This document shows positions 25,471 through 37,439 of a stretch of 64,000 nt of DNA, one piece after another. The notes under the pieces were generated by a model, which ran no database searches, was not told the origin of the DNA, and was given only the letters and a program-made list of their open reading frames with translations. Each line of letters begins with the position of its first letter. The first letter of the stretch is position 1. This stretch comes from Anthoceros angustus (taxonomy: Eukaryota; Plantae; Anthocerotophyta), in contig MU008160.1 in NCBI GenBank assembly GCA_010909165.1, forward strand, positions 1,240,001-1,304,000, written 5' to 3'. A program made the position numbers and the translations under genes.

Positions 25471-26149
25471 ATGGATTTTGTTTCTTTTTGGTGAATAGAT
25501 CAACTACCTATTTATATTTCACTTTCAACGGACTTATGAAGGTATCCTTGAGGTTCCATCACCCGATAGCACGAATCCTCAACTCTCTCCAGCAAAAATC
25601 CTGAAGCCTTCCTCGGATAACTTCGGGTGAAAAATGATCGATCATGCAGGGAGATTAGGGCTTGGAACTCTGATCAGGGTTTCTACTTTTCATCAAAGTA
25701 GCAGTGTGTGGTGCCTGTGAGTTTGGCCTGTGAGTTTGGCAACAATGCAGGTGCCCTGAAGTATTTTAAAGGCTCAGCTGGCCGCTTGTACCTGGTGGAT
25801 AGTTGCCTTTACCAGGAATTTGGTTCAGGTGATGGCGGCAGCTGCAGAAACCCGAAGTGGGACAGCGGACATTTTGTGCTACAGTGCGAAACAAGCAGCC
25901 ATCGACTAAGACGCATTTCCACATTACAATTTCAAACTCGGCCCTTGGTCCCTGAGGTAGCCATTGCGAATGTCTGAAAAGATTAACACAGAACTAGAGT
26001 AAGAACAGTGTGTAATCAGAGCCTCCCCACAGCCTGCAAATGTGACCATGGACTGATCAGCCCTGGTACCTACCTCAATCACCATGCCCGATGTGCATGG
26101 TGATTGAGGTTTCAAGTGGATGTGGTGAGGGATGCGATGACTGCTGTAA

Positions 26150-26270
26150 TGGAGGCCTTAAAAAATGGTCAGCCCGGGAGGATGCTATAATAGAGGCCTT
26201 CAAAGATGGTCAGCCAGGGAGGATGCTATAATAGAGGCCTTCAAAGATGGTCAACCCGGGAGGATGTGGA
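26150..26270. repeat. 41-bp tandem repeat, ~2.5 copies
   Basis: atggtcagcc(c/a)gggaggatgctataatagaggccttcaaag is repeated. Confidence 0.9.
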
Positions 26271-26389
26271 GGATGCCGGAGGAAGCGGTTGCGGGAGGAC
26301 TACGAGGATGCTGGAGGGAAGGGATGGCACATGCACGAGTAGGAAACAGATCCGGAGGTCGTGGTGGCGGGGCCGACAGTAAACCGGTT

Positions 26390-26655
26390 CCAGGTTTAGG
26401 GGTTCACAAGTTTAGGGTTTCTTGCGGCAACTGATCTTCTAGGTTTAGGGTTTCACAAATCTTGGGTTCCACAAGTTTAGGGTTTCACAAGTTTAGGGTT
26501 TTGCAGCAGCTGATCTTCTAGGTTTAGGGTTTCACAAATTTAGGGTTCCACATGTTTAGGGTTTTACGGTAGCTGATCTTCTAGGTTTAGGGTTTCACGT
26601 GTATAGGGTTCTACAAGTTTAGGGTTTTACGGCAGCTGATCTTCCAGGTTCAGGG
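26390..26655. repeat. Telomere-motif satellite: 63-bp unit carrying plant telomere repeats TTTAGGG at ~16-bp spacing
   Basis: Ten exact TTTAGGG plus three variants. ctgatctt recurs at 26431, 26510, 26573 and 26636. Confidence 0.9.
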
Positions 26656-26729
26656 ACGGACACCGGCTATAGTTGACAAACAAATTGGAGAGTGGGGCAC
26701 CTAGTTTTGAATAAGGTTCCTTCATATTT

Positions 26730-27570
26730 CCATGTGGCCTCCTTCGTCCACATCTGGGAAGGAAACTCCTTGCCCCGTCTGCAGAATTTTATATAAGGGT
26801 ATTGTTGGTGCGAAGAGACACATGGGCTTGATGCACAAGGACTTTGACCGAAATGCATGGGAGGCTCATGTGAGGGCTACATCTTCTGGCATTGTTGCTC
26901 CTTCCTCCTCACATCCGTCTACTCCCCTAGAGCCTCCGCCAGAGTCTTGGCAATGGTTGCGGGCGCAATTTTAATCTTTTGGCTCTTTATGACACGAGTC
27001 TCCCGGGACTCCACCTTTTTCGGCGTCTCCCCATCGACTACAAGACGATGTCCGCTTGGCCTACATGCTTCCCTTGGAGGGCCTCGCGTAGAACTCACGA
27101 GATGAAGCAGGCTGGACTTTGCTCCTTTTTCTTCCCCGGTGGTGTCTCTGTCGCTCTAGAGGTAGGAATTAAGGTCACAAGGAGGTTGCCTCTCGGCTCC
27201 GCCGTTTCCGGGTCGGGGACCGGTAGGCTCCTCAGGAAGAGGGTGGCTGTGTTGCTCGATCCAGGTTGGAGTCGGCTAAGCTTGATCAGGTTTGTCAAGA
27301 CCCCGTGAAGGCGCGTCACAAAAGGTTCCTCTTCCTTGGTCACTTAGGCGAGTATGCTAGGGCTGCCCGGGCATTTTGACCAGAGCTGGTGGCTCCGGCG
27401 TCCGATGAGACTATTGCTGCTCTTCGGGTCCTTCACCCGGCTCCAGATGTCTACCGGATATCTTGGAGTTTATGGCTGAGGAGCCCTTCTGTCTGGACAA
27501 GGTGGTTTTTGGTCGCGCTCTAACTACCGCCCAGGCTCTCTTCTAGGGATCTTTCTGGAACTGCGTGGAA
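26730..27570 (+). mobile_element. Degenerate 5' part of a CRE-like (RLE-type) non-LTR retrotransposon
   Basis: C2H2 finger CPVCRILYKGIVGAKRHMGLMH, followed by LGEYARAARAF*PELVAPASDETIAALRVLHP, which resembles the pre-RT segment of CRE/SLACS-clade ORFs. Contains stops and frameshifts and is truncated before the RT core. Confidence 0.65.
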
Positions 27571-27997
27571 AGTTAGTCCTTCAAGGGAGGACAAAAAATA
27601 GAAGGGTGCTAAATTATGTAGTTTTTAACTATCCTTCCCTATGTCACTCGGAGGACAAAAAAACAAAGGACACAAACAGCAAATGCGAAATCACAAACGG
27701 CTGTGTGCATGTCACTCCTTCAAGGATAGCGAAAAGAGAAAAGGATGCATCCACTAAATGGTCATTGGAACATTAGAATGTAGAAAAGAATCCAAAGGAG
27801 GCATTGCAAGAATTGAACTCGCCCATCTCTTGTGGCCTAACTAAGGCATTATACCACTGAACTAAATGCTGTTCATTTTATTCTTGTCTCGGGATTACAG
27901 TTTGGTATCACAATAATTCAATTATACTCTTAATTGTGAAAGTCCTCTAGGCCTTTTGAAACAGCCTCCGAACAAAAGAAAAGAAATAATATTTTTG

Positions 27998-29113
27998 TTA
28001 CCGTAAATAAGAATACAATACAGCCAGCTCTCGTTGGAATGTGGGCGAAGCCTGGAGTTCAGCCAAATAGTATGTGAGGGGATGATTAAGCTGTTTTGTG
28101 TCATACAACCCCATCTTGATTACTTGGCGATCGTATGCTCGTCCAGCTGCCTCTGCCGTGTTCCAGCTGTTGCATCTCGACGTCCGACCAGATGCCACTC
28201 CCATGTTCTGAATTTGTCGAAACATACCTACTTGACCCTTATTGATATCGAATATGTAAGCCTCATACTTTGTTTGCCTGGAGTTTCGATCGGGCATATC
28301 TGCAGCTGTTCTGTATCGTCCTCGCATGTACACGCCGTGGGGCAGGCCTTTGCATAGATGGCGGGGAATGAAGTGACACCGTTCATGAACCTCCATCCTC
28401 ACGTAACCTATCACTTCGCGCCAGTCTGTGATGGCCACCCAGTGTGGACGTTGTAGGCGTTGCAGATATAGCTGTAAATCTTGAGGTTCTTTGAAATTCA
28501 GTTTCACTTTTCTATGGCCGGGATACCTGAAGCCACGTAGAAACAGCATGATCTGCACCATGTCGTGGAGTATAGCTGCCCCCATCGCACAATCACATTG
28601 TCCTAGATAAATCTGCCCCCTGCTGGAGCCTTTCGGCCAATTGCCAGGCAGAAAAATCTGCACTTGGTAGGTTTGGTTTCGAGCATTCCAGAACACTCCG
28701 TGATATTTGTCTCCTTTACCTGGATCCATGTTGTCCTCAGTTTGAGCATCCTCGGGATCGCCTGAACCACTGTGGATATCCCTACGCGCCTTTTTCCGAG
28801 GCCCTCCGTCCCGCGTTGCCACCACAGTCCTCAGCATCCTCTGTAAATCCTCCATGGTGGGCGGTTGTGGTGGTGGTATCTTTCGTTTCATTTCGTCAAT
28901 CAATTCCGCAATGTGTATCAGCTCCAATGTATGCCGAGTTGGGCTACAAGGGTTGTCTGATTGGATGAAGCTCCAGGGTAAGGAGGGAGTGGTGCCGGCT
29001 TCCACCTTGCTTGCTTCTTCGGGGTCGAGACAGAAATTATTCTGGACGAGCATTTTCAGGCCCTCATCCACCCACAGCCAGGGGACAGGGCTAGCAGGAG
29101 AAACTTCCTCCAT
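27998..29113 (-). CDS. Divergent double AP2-like domain protein, paralog 1 (371 aa)
   Basis: YHGVFW...YLGQCD...AAILHD...LNF and PHGVY...KYEAYIFD...WNTAEAAGRAYD...LNHPLTYYLAEL resemble two AP2 repeats. Single coding exon. Clear paralogs at 37440 and 62844. Confidence 0.75.
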   Translation of the reverse strand: MEEVSPASPVPWLWVDEGLKMLVQNNFCLDPEEASKVEAGTTPSLPWSFIQSDNPCSPTRHTLELIHIAELIDEMKRKIPPPQPPTMEDLQRMLRTVVATRDGGPRKKARRDIHSGSGDPEDAQTEDNMDPGKGDKYHGVFWNARNQTYQVQIFLPGNWPKGSSRGQIYLGQCDCAMGAAILHDMVQIMLFLRGFRYPGHRKVKLNFKEPQDLQLYLQRLQRPHWVAITDWREVIGYVRMEVHERCHFIPRHLCKGLPHGVYMRGRYRTAADMPDRNSRQTKYEAYIFDINKGQVGMFRQIQNMGVASGRTSRCNSWNTAEAAGRAYDRQVIKMGLYDTKQLNHPLTYYLAELQASPTFQRELAVLYSYLR

Positions 29114-29480
29114 AATTTACTGAGAGCAAATGCCGGTAGCACGAATTGCCCAAGCAGCGAGACAGGGAGGGTGGAACGCAGCAGTTCTGAGACAGTCCGT
29201 TTAAAGAAATAGCACGAAGTACAAAACTTTTGTGCTGTGGAATTCTGATGCTACCACTTTGAATTTGACTATCCTTCTCGCAAGCAGATGAGGCAAGTTG
29301 AAGCCACCACGCTGGGGAGGAGGATCACACACAGCCGGCGCTGAAAATGGGAAGCGGACAGCATTCCCTACGGCAGGCCAATCGTTGAATGAGATCTAGA
29401 ACTGGAAAGACATGCGGTGGGAATCTCAGGGCATGGAAGCGCAGATGCACAGGGTTTCAGGGATGTGGAATGCCATGAGT

Positions 29481-31354
29481 TCAGTCTACAATGTTGTTGA
29501 GCTCCCCAATGCCTTCAATTTGAATCCGGATTTCATCACCCGGCACCAGATGACGAGGAGGGTTGAAACCAGAACCAACACCAGCGGGTGTTCCTGTCGC
29601 GATGATGTCTCCGGGCTGTAGGGTGATACCTGCTGAGATGGTTTCAATCAGCTCTGGTATAGAAAAGATCATTTGTGAAGTCCGACCATCCTGCCACACC
29701 GCCGTAAAGTCAAGGTGGGAACATCATTGTAGCAAAGGAAACTGCCTCATCAGAACCTTGACTGGAGGTTCCGTCAAACCTGTCGCAACTCGTCGTTTAT
29801 CCAGCATTGGATTCGCAAGTCAAGGCCATTGACTGTAGATGCAGGTGCGATGGATGGGCCCATTGGACAGAATGTATCACAACTTTTCCCCAAGAACCAC
29901 TGGCAGTGAAGAAACATATCACATACTCAGTGTAAGAGCCATGTTCCTGTTGTAAATGACATGGGCGGAACGGTTAGAGTCACCTGCCTGTTGATGACGT
30001 TTCTGCAAGTCCCTCGCTGTTACATCATTCAGTATGGTGTACCTGGACGAAAGCAACGGAACGTGGTGATATCAGCAGTAGGCAACAGAGCTGAACCAGG
30101 GTATGCCAGGACAAGGTCCACCACTGACCCAAAGACGTGCGACATGGCTTCCTCTCTTGAAATATTGTGGCCACTTCTGCCTATGATCACTGCAAGCTCT
30201 GCAACATGGGAGAGCAACATAAGATCAAAGTCTGAAGTCAAAATTAAGGACGAATGAGGTAGACAGCGACAGGTGAGCTGTCTCTTCACAGTGTTACCTG
30301 CTTCATAGTCCACCTGTGAAGACACTCCATGAGGATACTTGATAGCAGCTCCAGGCCCCACAACTGACTGTGGTGCTTTTGTGAAGACGATCGGATGCTA
30401 CAAAGTGGGGCAGAAATGTGCAAGCTGTGAAGATCCCAGTTCCAGACTTGGAAGTTCAAACTTCTCCATAGGGGCGAGGCTAACCTTTGGCGCATCCGGA
30501 GTCGTTATACCTGGAGCAGATTTCCAGGTGTCCACTTCCTTCACGTGGTCCAGATAATTCTTCCCGATGCACATGATGACACCACGGGGCCTGGGAATTG
30601 GGGCCAGGACCTTCACTTCACTCAGCTTTTGTGAGCTCTTGTCCACCACATCCAATCTGCAACAAGACCGACGAACAGTGGGTTGTATAGTCAGGAATAC
30701 CATGCTAAGAGATGATTCATGGCAGCCACAACCTAATCAAGCCTGAACTCACCTGTCTTTTATATCACTCCAGTTCTGTATAACATCCATCATGTCATTG
30801 TACTCTGGAAAAACAGTGTCACCTGACGAGCTTAAAACCTCCTGCAAAGGCCTGTTGTCCCAGATCAGTCACTTCCCGGCATCAGCAATCAAATGCTCAG
30901 AAATTAGCGAAGCTACCGAGGAACTGCTCTCAAGTTACCAGAAGTCATCCCCACGCACAATCCCAACGGCGGTCCGCCCCTCCTTGGACTCGAATGTTAT
31001 AAGCTTGAAGCCACTGCCTAAAAGACAAGAGAGAGACAGTTGTGCTTGGTACTGAGCAGCTTGAGAGCAAAATCTGAGACAGCGTGAATCAAGTATTATG
31101 GAAGCAGCGCATTGCCCACCAGTGCCTCCTGAACCTTCAGCAAGGTCCTTCTCCAGAGGAGCAAACAGGGGTTTCCTAGCCGCCATGCTAGACAACCTGA
31201 ACCGCGCAACCTGCCTCGAATTGCCCGCTTGGAGCCAGCCTCCAGAAATGACAGAATGTCGCCTCCACGAAGCTACTGCATCCAACGACCCTGAACCGAC
31301 GAGTTCCGGGTAGTCCGTAACGGCTGGTAGTGGAAGGCACCGGACCCCAAGCAT
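29481..31354 (-). CDS. Fumarylacetoacetate hydrolase (FAHD2-like) family protein, multi-exon
   Basis: Exons read IMCIGKNYLDHVKE, VDYEAELAVIIG, LNDVTARDLQ, WFLGKSCDTFCPMGP and MIFSIPELIETISAGITLQPGDIIATGTPAGVG. Confidence 0.9.
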
Positions 31355-31890
31355 CACAATGTGACTGAGAGAGGCCAGATGTGCGACAGGAAGGTTCAAG
31401 TTCCCCAACCGGGACGGGGACACCATTGGTGCTCACAGACAGCATCCATGCATGTCCACATCCCGGGAATCCCCAATCCTAGAACAGATAACAATTAGCT
31501 TTAACTGTAAAGGCATTACCCGACCAGATTAGCCCTGACTGTGAAGCTTCCTTCTGCTGGAAGGTTTATGATAATATATAAATCATAAGTCTCCACATAC
31601 ATCAGAAAAAGCTCTAGATAATCTTGAATACGCTCGTCCGGATTCTTCAGACATTGCGTGCAGCTCACACAAGCCAGCTCTGCCACAGGGCACAAGCGTG
31701 GCTCTCGCTGCAGCCTCCTAACATCTCATATGGTCCTATGTACACAACTCTTCCAGTGGAGAAAAAAAGGAGGGGCCATCCTCCACACGCACTGAATCCT
31801 AAGCCAGTCCTAAGGAAATATTGAAGCAGCCGGATGGTCCAGCCGCCGAAGAATTCTCCTTTTTGTACAGTGCCAGACTCCATAAAGCAG

Positions 31891-33201
31891 CTACAGAGAT
31901 CTCAAAAGAGGGTAGTCCCGCAACAGCTCCTGCTCGCTCAAAGTGTCGTTCTCATTCTGGGGAGTCCACAGAACCTCGACAGCCTGAACAGAATCAGCAG
32001 GGATGGACCCCAGCTGTGACAAGGCAGTTCTGAGGTCAGCACTGCTATTGATGGAGGGCAACTTGAAGTCCCCTTCAGCGGCCACCAGCACAGTCACCAC
32101 GATATACTCGTTGTTGAATCGATCGCTCCGGTTCGCAGAAAAAGCACGCCTTCGCAAGGCATCCACATTCACCAGAGTCTCCTCATCAAACTTCCCTCTC
32201 TCGTCCAGCGAGAGCTGGTTGAACAGCGCCTCCCCCGCCTCCGGAGACTTCTTCACCTCGGAAGACGCGGTCCCGGAAATGCAAAAATCAGGATGCCGCA
32301 TCAAAGCCAGCACAGTCTCGGTGAGCACAAAATGCAGACCCTCGGGCGTAGAGGTATCCGCTCGGTCCGCCAGCCGGTCCAGGTCCCGCTGCAAATTCCT
32401 GGCGCTCCCGAGCAGCCCGACCTGCAGCTTCAGCACGCTGGTCTTCTCCGTGGCTCCCATCAGCCCCCCGTCCGTGCGGTCAGAGATGAACCCGGAGACC
32501 AGCACTGCAGCCACAACCAGGAAGAAGAACAAGCCAAATCCACCAAACCCCACGCCATAGGCAGGACCTACGTACACCGAGGGCCCGTATCCTCCAAACC
32601 AAGGCGACGGCACCGCATAGGGAGCCGAGTAGGAGAAGCTGGTCCCTCCGCTGTAAGTACTGGACGGCGCGGAGTACGTCTTGGAGGAGGAGAATGATCT
32701 ACCTCCGACCCGGCCGCCTCCCGCAGCCAGGGCATCGGCCGGGTTGTGCGTCATCAGCAGCCCCATCAGCAGGGCCACCATCACCGGCTTCTGCAGCATC
32801 TTCACGGCCTCCATCACAGCCTCCTTGGCAGCCCCGGCCAATTGCTCCACTCCTCCCTCCGCTGAAATTCTCTGCCATGCCTCAACAAGGAACCCTCGCT
32901 TTTGCTTCCCGTTCAGATCCAAGAATGCGCGGGCCGCGGCCCGGCCCTTGCGGCCTCCCAGCTGATCCGCCACCGCCTGCAGCACTTCCTGCCGGCAGTG
33001 CCTCAGCGCCTGCCCCGCCAACGCGTTCCTGCAGCCCCGCACATCCCTGCAGCCAAGGAACGAGGAGGCAGGCAGCAAGGAGGAGGAAGAACAGGATGCA
33101 ACGGAGCTGGAAGCCGGGCTCCCGGGCGCAGCCAAAGGATCCCAGGCGTACAGTCCCAGAGCCACCACCGGCTTGCCACAGCTCAGCACCGCGCTCGCCA
33201 T
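31891..33201 (-). CDS. FLAP1: FLUCTUATING-LIGHT-ACCLIMATION PROTEIN 1 (DUF1517)
   Basis: Transit peptide, GGRVGGRSFSS, a TM segment, KLQVGLLGSARNLQRDL, EYIVVTVLVAAEG and C-terminal AVEVLWTPQ...ELLRDYPLLRSL. Confidence 0.9.
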   Translation of the reverse strand: MASAVLSCGKPVVALGLYAWDPLAAPGSPASSSVASCSSSSLLPASSFLGCRDVRGCRNALAGQALRHCRQEVLQAVADQLGGRKGRAAARAFLDLNGKQKRGFLVEAWQRISAEGGVEQLAGAAKEAVMEAVKMLQKPVMVALLMGLLMTHNPADALAAGGGRVGGRSFSSSKTYSAPSSTYSGGTSFSYSAPYAVPSPWFGGYGPSVYVGPAYGVGFGGFGLFFFLVVAAVLVSGFISDRTDGGLMGATEKTSVLKLQVGLLGSARNLQRDLDRLADRADTSTPEGLHFVLTETVLALMRHPDFCISGTASSEVKKSPEAGEALFNQLSLDERGKFDEETLVNVDALRRRAFSANRSDRFNNEYIVVTVLVAAEGDFKLPSINSSADLRTALSQLGSIPADSVQAVEVLWTPQNENDTLSEQELLRDYPLLRSL

Positions 33202-33625
33202 CGCCGCTGCACGAATCCGGCTCTCCGCAATTGCCCGCGTCTCGACACACGATTCACGATTTACGGCCGCGTTGCCTGGTCCCCAGCGTCTGGAAGAAAA
33301 TATGGTCCTCGGCGTCCTGAAGAAAATCTGGTGAAGCTGCTAGAAGGTGGGAAGTGAGACGCCCCGAAACGTCGTCCTTCACCGCCCTATCCACTTCACT
33401 TGGGGCCTACCAAATGGCATTTTCTTGTGCGTCCCACGAGCCAGACGTTTTGAAAAATCTTCGTGATCAATTACACCTAATCACACGCATTGAACCTTGT
33501 GATCTCAGGATAACCTGGAGTCGCAACAGGGAGAGCTCTACAAGGTTCTCTGCGCGGCTCATTGAACCTAACCTTCCTTTTGTACAAGGGGGGGGCTACG
33601 AATTGAGGAAAACTAAAAAGGAAAA

Positions 33626-34727
33626 CTATTGCTTCGAAGAAGGCTCCTTTTTTGTGCTGGCATTCTCTTCAGCAGCTGCATCCTCAGAGCCGAAGGACAA
33701 GCTGGTGATGCTGCCAAATGTGTCTTTAATGCCCTCGGCGTTCTTTCCAAAGAATTCCTTCACCTTGTCAACCACTGACTTGAGCTCCTCCTTAGGAGGA
33801 ATCTGAAGAACAGGACCACACACGGATCACTTCTTCCGGCAAGAATGACAAACCTGAGGCACATGAAAAAATGCCACCAAGAGATCAAAGGCTAGCTAAC
33901 CTTGATGACATCTGTACCGAACATGGCAGACTTAGGGTTGTCCTTGTCCTGCAGAAGGTAACGCACCATCCGGATGGTCAAGGACAGGCAAGAAAGTTTG
34001 AAATGCCAGACTCAAATGAAGGTGCACTCACCCAAATCTTGTAGCCGAAATCGAATGCCGATGCGGCCTTCAAGACAGGGTACATTTTCAAAGCTCCGGC
34101 TCTCATGGCCCGCTCGTCCTGCTCTATAAAATGAAGCAGTTAGGAGCATGGCAGGAGGTGGATATGGCTATGGATAACCTAGCGGATGAGACTCATGTGC
34201 GTGAAAGCAGCCTCACCTTGTATATCACACCACCGATGTTGCGAGTGAGGGTGCCTTGATACAGCTTCTTGCCCCACTCATTCCCCATGGCTGCCACCAT
34301 CAATTTTGCCGTGGTTCCCCCTGTCACTACACTGAGCGGATACCATCTTGCAACCTGCCACCGTACGCATCAGGCTTGGCTTTCGGATCATCCTCTACCA
34401 CATCCACGACTGAAAATGCAATGCACCTACATTCCTGCTGCGCACGAAGAGCACGAACTTGGGATTGCCGTCGTCCTCCAGCTTGGGCATCGTGGGGGCG
34501 GGCTGCCGAGGGGGCCCCTGGCCTGGAATGCCTCGCCGGCCCTTGCCCTTGGCCTCCACCACCAGGCTCCATCTCCTGCCATCTGCACCTGCACCTGCCT
34601 CCCTGCCGCAGCTGCACCTCCAGCTGCGGGCACGCAGTGGAGCCAAATCGGAATACGAGCTGGAGGCAGGCCGCACCGCTGCTGCAGTTGCGGCTGCACC
34701 CGCACCCACAACCGTCATCGTCGCCAT
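33626..34727 (-). CDS. HHL1: HYPERSENSITIVE TO HIGH LIGHT 1 homolog, multi-exon
   Basis: MPKLEDDGNPKFVLFVR, WYPLSVVTGGTTAKLMVAA, YQGTLTRNIGGVIYK, FGYKI and IPPKEELKSVVDKVKEFFG. Confidence 0.9.
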
Positions 34728-35949
34728 CCACACACGCCTGAAATGCGTTGGGATGCAATGCGCTACCTGGTGCCTGGATCCCGAGCTTCCCTCGCTCAAG
34801 CACCCTGTCTAAGGCTACCCTACCGCTTCGACGCCCTGCCGGTCTCCCAAGGAGAGCTATAGCCCGGTCGCATGCTGCTCCTGGCCTCCCGTGCTCTATC
34901 CGTTTCCGGACGGGAAAGACTTTATTGATGACGTGGAAAGATGTGTGCATTCAAAATATTATTATTATAATCTCATAATTTAAGACCTTTCCCATAGAAA
35001 ATTTAAACTTGTAGGCTCCTATAGGTACCTTTACTTGCATACATAATCCAGATTTCCTCCAACGCCTAGGGATGTCAAGACAGAAAATTTGAGAACCCAT
35101 TCAAAGAGTTGAATGTTAATATGTATGGTTCCTCCATAAAGATGAGCTTATACCCGAACTTGTTGGCTAGATATACAATGAAGGATGTGTTGTGTAGTCA
35201 TGAGGCCAAAAACTATATAAAGAGATAAATGTTGATAGTTACTCTTATGTTTATTTGTTCACACTGTATTTGAGTAGACTTGATATATTCTGGTGATTCA
35301 TAACACAAGGCCAATGGTGCATTGAAGGAAATTCGCCTTCTGCTGTTTCCTAAATGTAGAGAGCTGCCAAGTTCTAGGGTAAAAGAGCTCATGGAATGAG
35401 ATTGGGAATTGGCCAAGGCTAGCAGCCCGAAGTGGGGAGCTACTTTCTTCGTAGAGAAAGCTCGAAAGCTTCTTTGAATCACTCCAAACTTTAGGGCTCT
35501 CCGAGTAGGATGCCACAAATTTTTGGGAGGCGATTTTGATCGCCATTGATCTAATTAAGAGGTCGGTATCCCCCTAAATTCATTTCGGCGGACGCTAATA
35601 GATCAAGCGCGTAGGAGTCCTGGATATTGGGGGTTTGTTGACGCCTGCCACTCAACGCGTATGATAAGTGCATGATTTGGTGGACGCGGATCCGTTGGTT
35701 AACTCATTGCAGTGAATAACCACTCAATTCTAGCGGAGAGTGCACCTTCTTAGGAAGGTTTTTGTCAGCACATGGGTCAAGGTTCTTGTCAAGGCAGCAA
35801 ACTTGGATTTTTAAGTTGTTTTTGTATAGCTTAATTCATTTGGTTTTTCTTATATGCAGGAGAACACTCCTTATGTGTTGTTTTATTCATTATATAAATC
35901 AGTATGGATTACACTAAAGAAGAGGATGTTACAAACTCCTGACAAAGAG

Positions 35950-36430
35950 GCATATGGATGCCTACTCGTCCTTAATGGCTAAACTCGCTTGAATGTAACT
36001 CATGTAGTTTCCATGGTATCACAGTTTCTCTCTAATCCAGGTTTGGCTCATTGGGTTGCGGTAAAACGCATCCATCGATATTCATCAAGGACTATGTATG
36101 TTGGCCTTCAATATAAGAGATCAAGAACAAGAAGAACAACAAGTAAGAAGGCAACAATTGGTAGGTCTTTGCTAGCGGAGATGGGTCAAACGCATGATTC
36201 ACCTATGTACTTTGTTACATTGCGATAACATGTGGGCGATAGCACTGACTAAGAATGCCAAGTGTCATGCATGAACTAAGCACACCAATCATCATTTTAT
36301 GAGACAACTAGTTGCTGAGAATCAAGTTATTATTGAATTTGTCCCAAGAGAGGAGAACCTTGCTGATATACTTATAAAAGGCTTATCAAAGTCTAAACAT
36401 GAGTATTTCTCTTCTGCTTTGGGTCTTGTG
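35950..36430 (+). mobile_element. Ty1/Copia RT-RNaseH remnant
   Basis: THVVSMVSQFLSNPGLAHWVAVKRI and HFMRQLVAENQVIIEFVPREENLADILIKGL. A purine-rich PPT-like gagtgggag lies near 36572. Degenerate. Confidence 0.85.
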
Positions 36431-36739
36431 GATTTATATGCTCACAAGTAATTTTCATAAGTAGGGGAATTCTTGTTCATCAAGTTAGCTTGCTATACAT
36501 CAAGTGTTTATAAATCAAGAGTGAATTGCACATATTAGCTGGTTAGCCCCATTTCACGTTGTTCTAAATGTGAGTGGGAGTGTAGAGGATATTATAATTA
36601 GGGCACATTTGAACAACCGCATTGTATAATATTACTTAGGGCACTTAGATATGACTAGACACTAGGATTTGGTTTTTATAACTACTTTTATAAAATTCTT
36701 AGTTTTGACACTTCCTTTCTTAGTTTCATATGCTCTTTG

Positions 36740-37150
36740 TGTGCTATTGCTTCCGCTGTGTGCTTTGTCATAATATTCAATATATTCAGCAGACAGGGAT
36801 CAACAAATCTCCGTTTCTTATGACAGAAAATACCAGACCCACCAGGCCTGCATTCCCACTGCCCCACAAGATGTCCCTTGGAGATTTTCCAGCAGCACCA
36901 CACCAAAGCTGTAGACATCACTTCTGGCCGTCAGCTGAGAGGTACGGAAGTATTCAGGATCCATGTAGCCGATGGTGCTCTGTATTCCCATAGTTGACAC
37001 ATGAGTGGCCCCCATTGCAGCCAGCTCGGAGATGCCAAAATCCACCACCTTGGCGTTCAAGTCTTCATCAGGAAGGATTTTTGAAGACTTGAAAGGATTC
37101 TGTGTGACAGATGGGAGGGTCAGTTGCAGAATGCAGGTAGGCCAGAGCAT
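36740..37150 (-). pseudogene. Receptor-like kinase catalytic-domain fragment
   Basis: KSSKILPDEDLNAKVVDFGIS...STIGYMDPEYFRTSQLTARSDVYSFGVVLLE. N-lobe absent, HRD motif degraded, frameshift after subdomain IX. Confidence 0.8.
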
Positions 37151-37439
37151 TGGAGGTCTGAACGGGTATGAGGAGGCGCCGTTTCCATCTGTTTAAAGCC
37201 CAGGTGGTATTTCTCCCGAAAAATTGTTTTTGCTGAGATCCAAGAGTTGAAGACCAGGAGGAAGCGTCCGCCGAGAGAGACGACTACCCGACAGCCAAAA
37301 TTCAGCCAAGACGAGCAAGTTCATTCCCCGTCATCACATCGTGTTTACGAAGTTCATCAAACACGATCTGAGCATCTTGCAAGCTACCACACTTTTGCAT
37401 AAACTAATCACTGAAGATACACATTCGGATCTGATCCTC

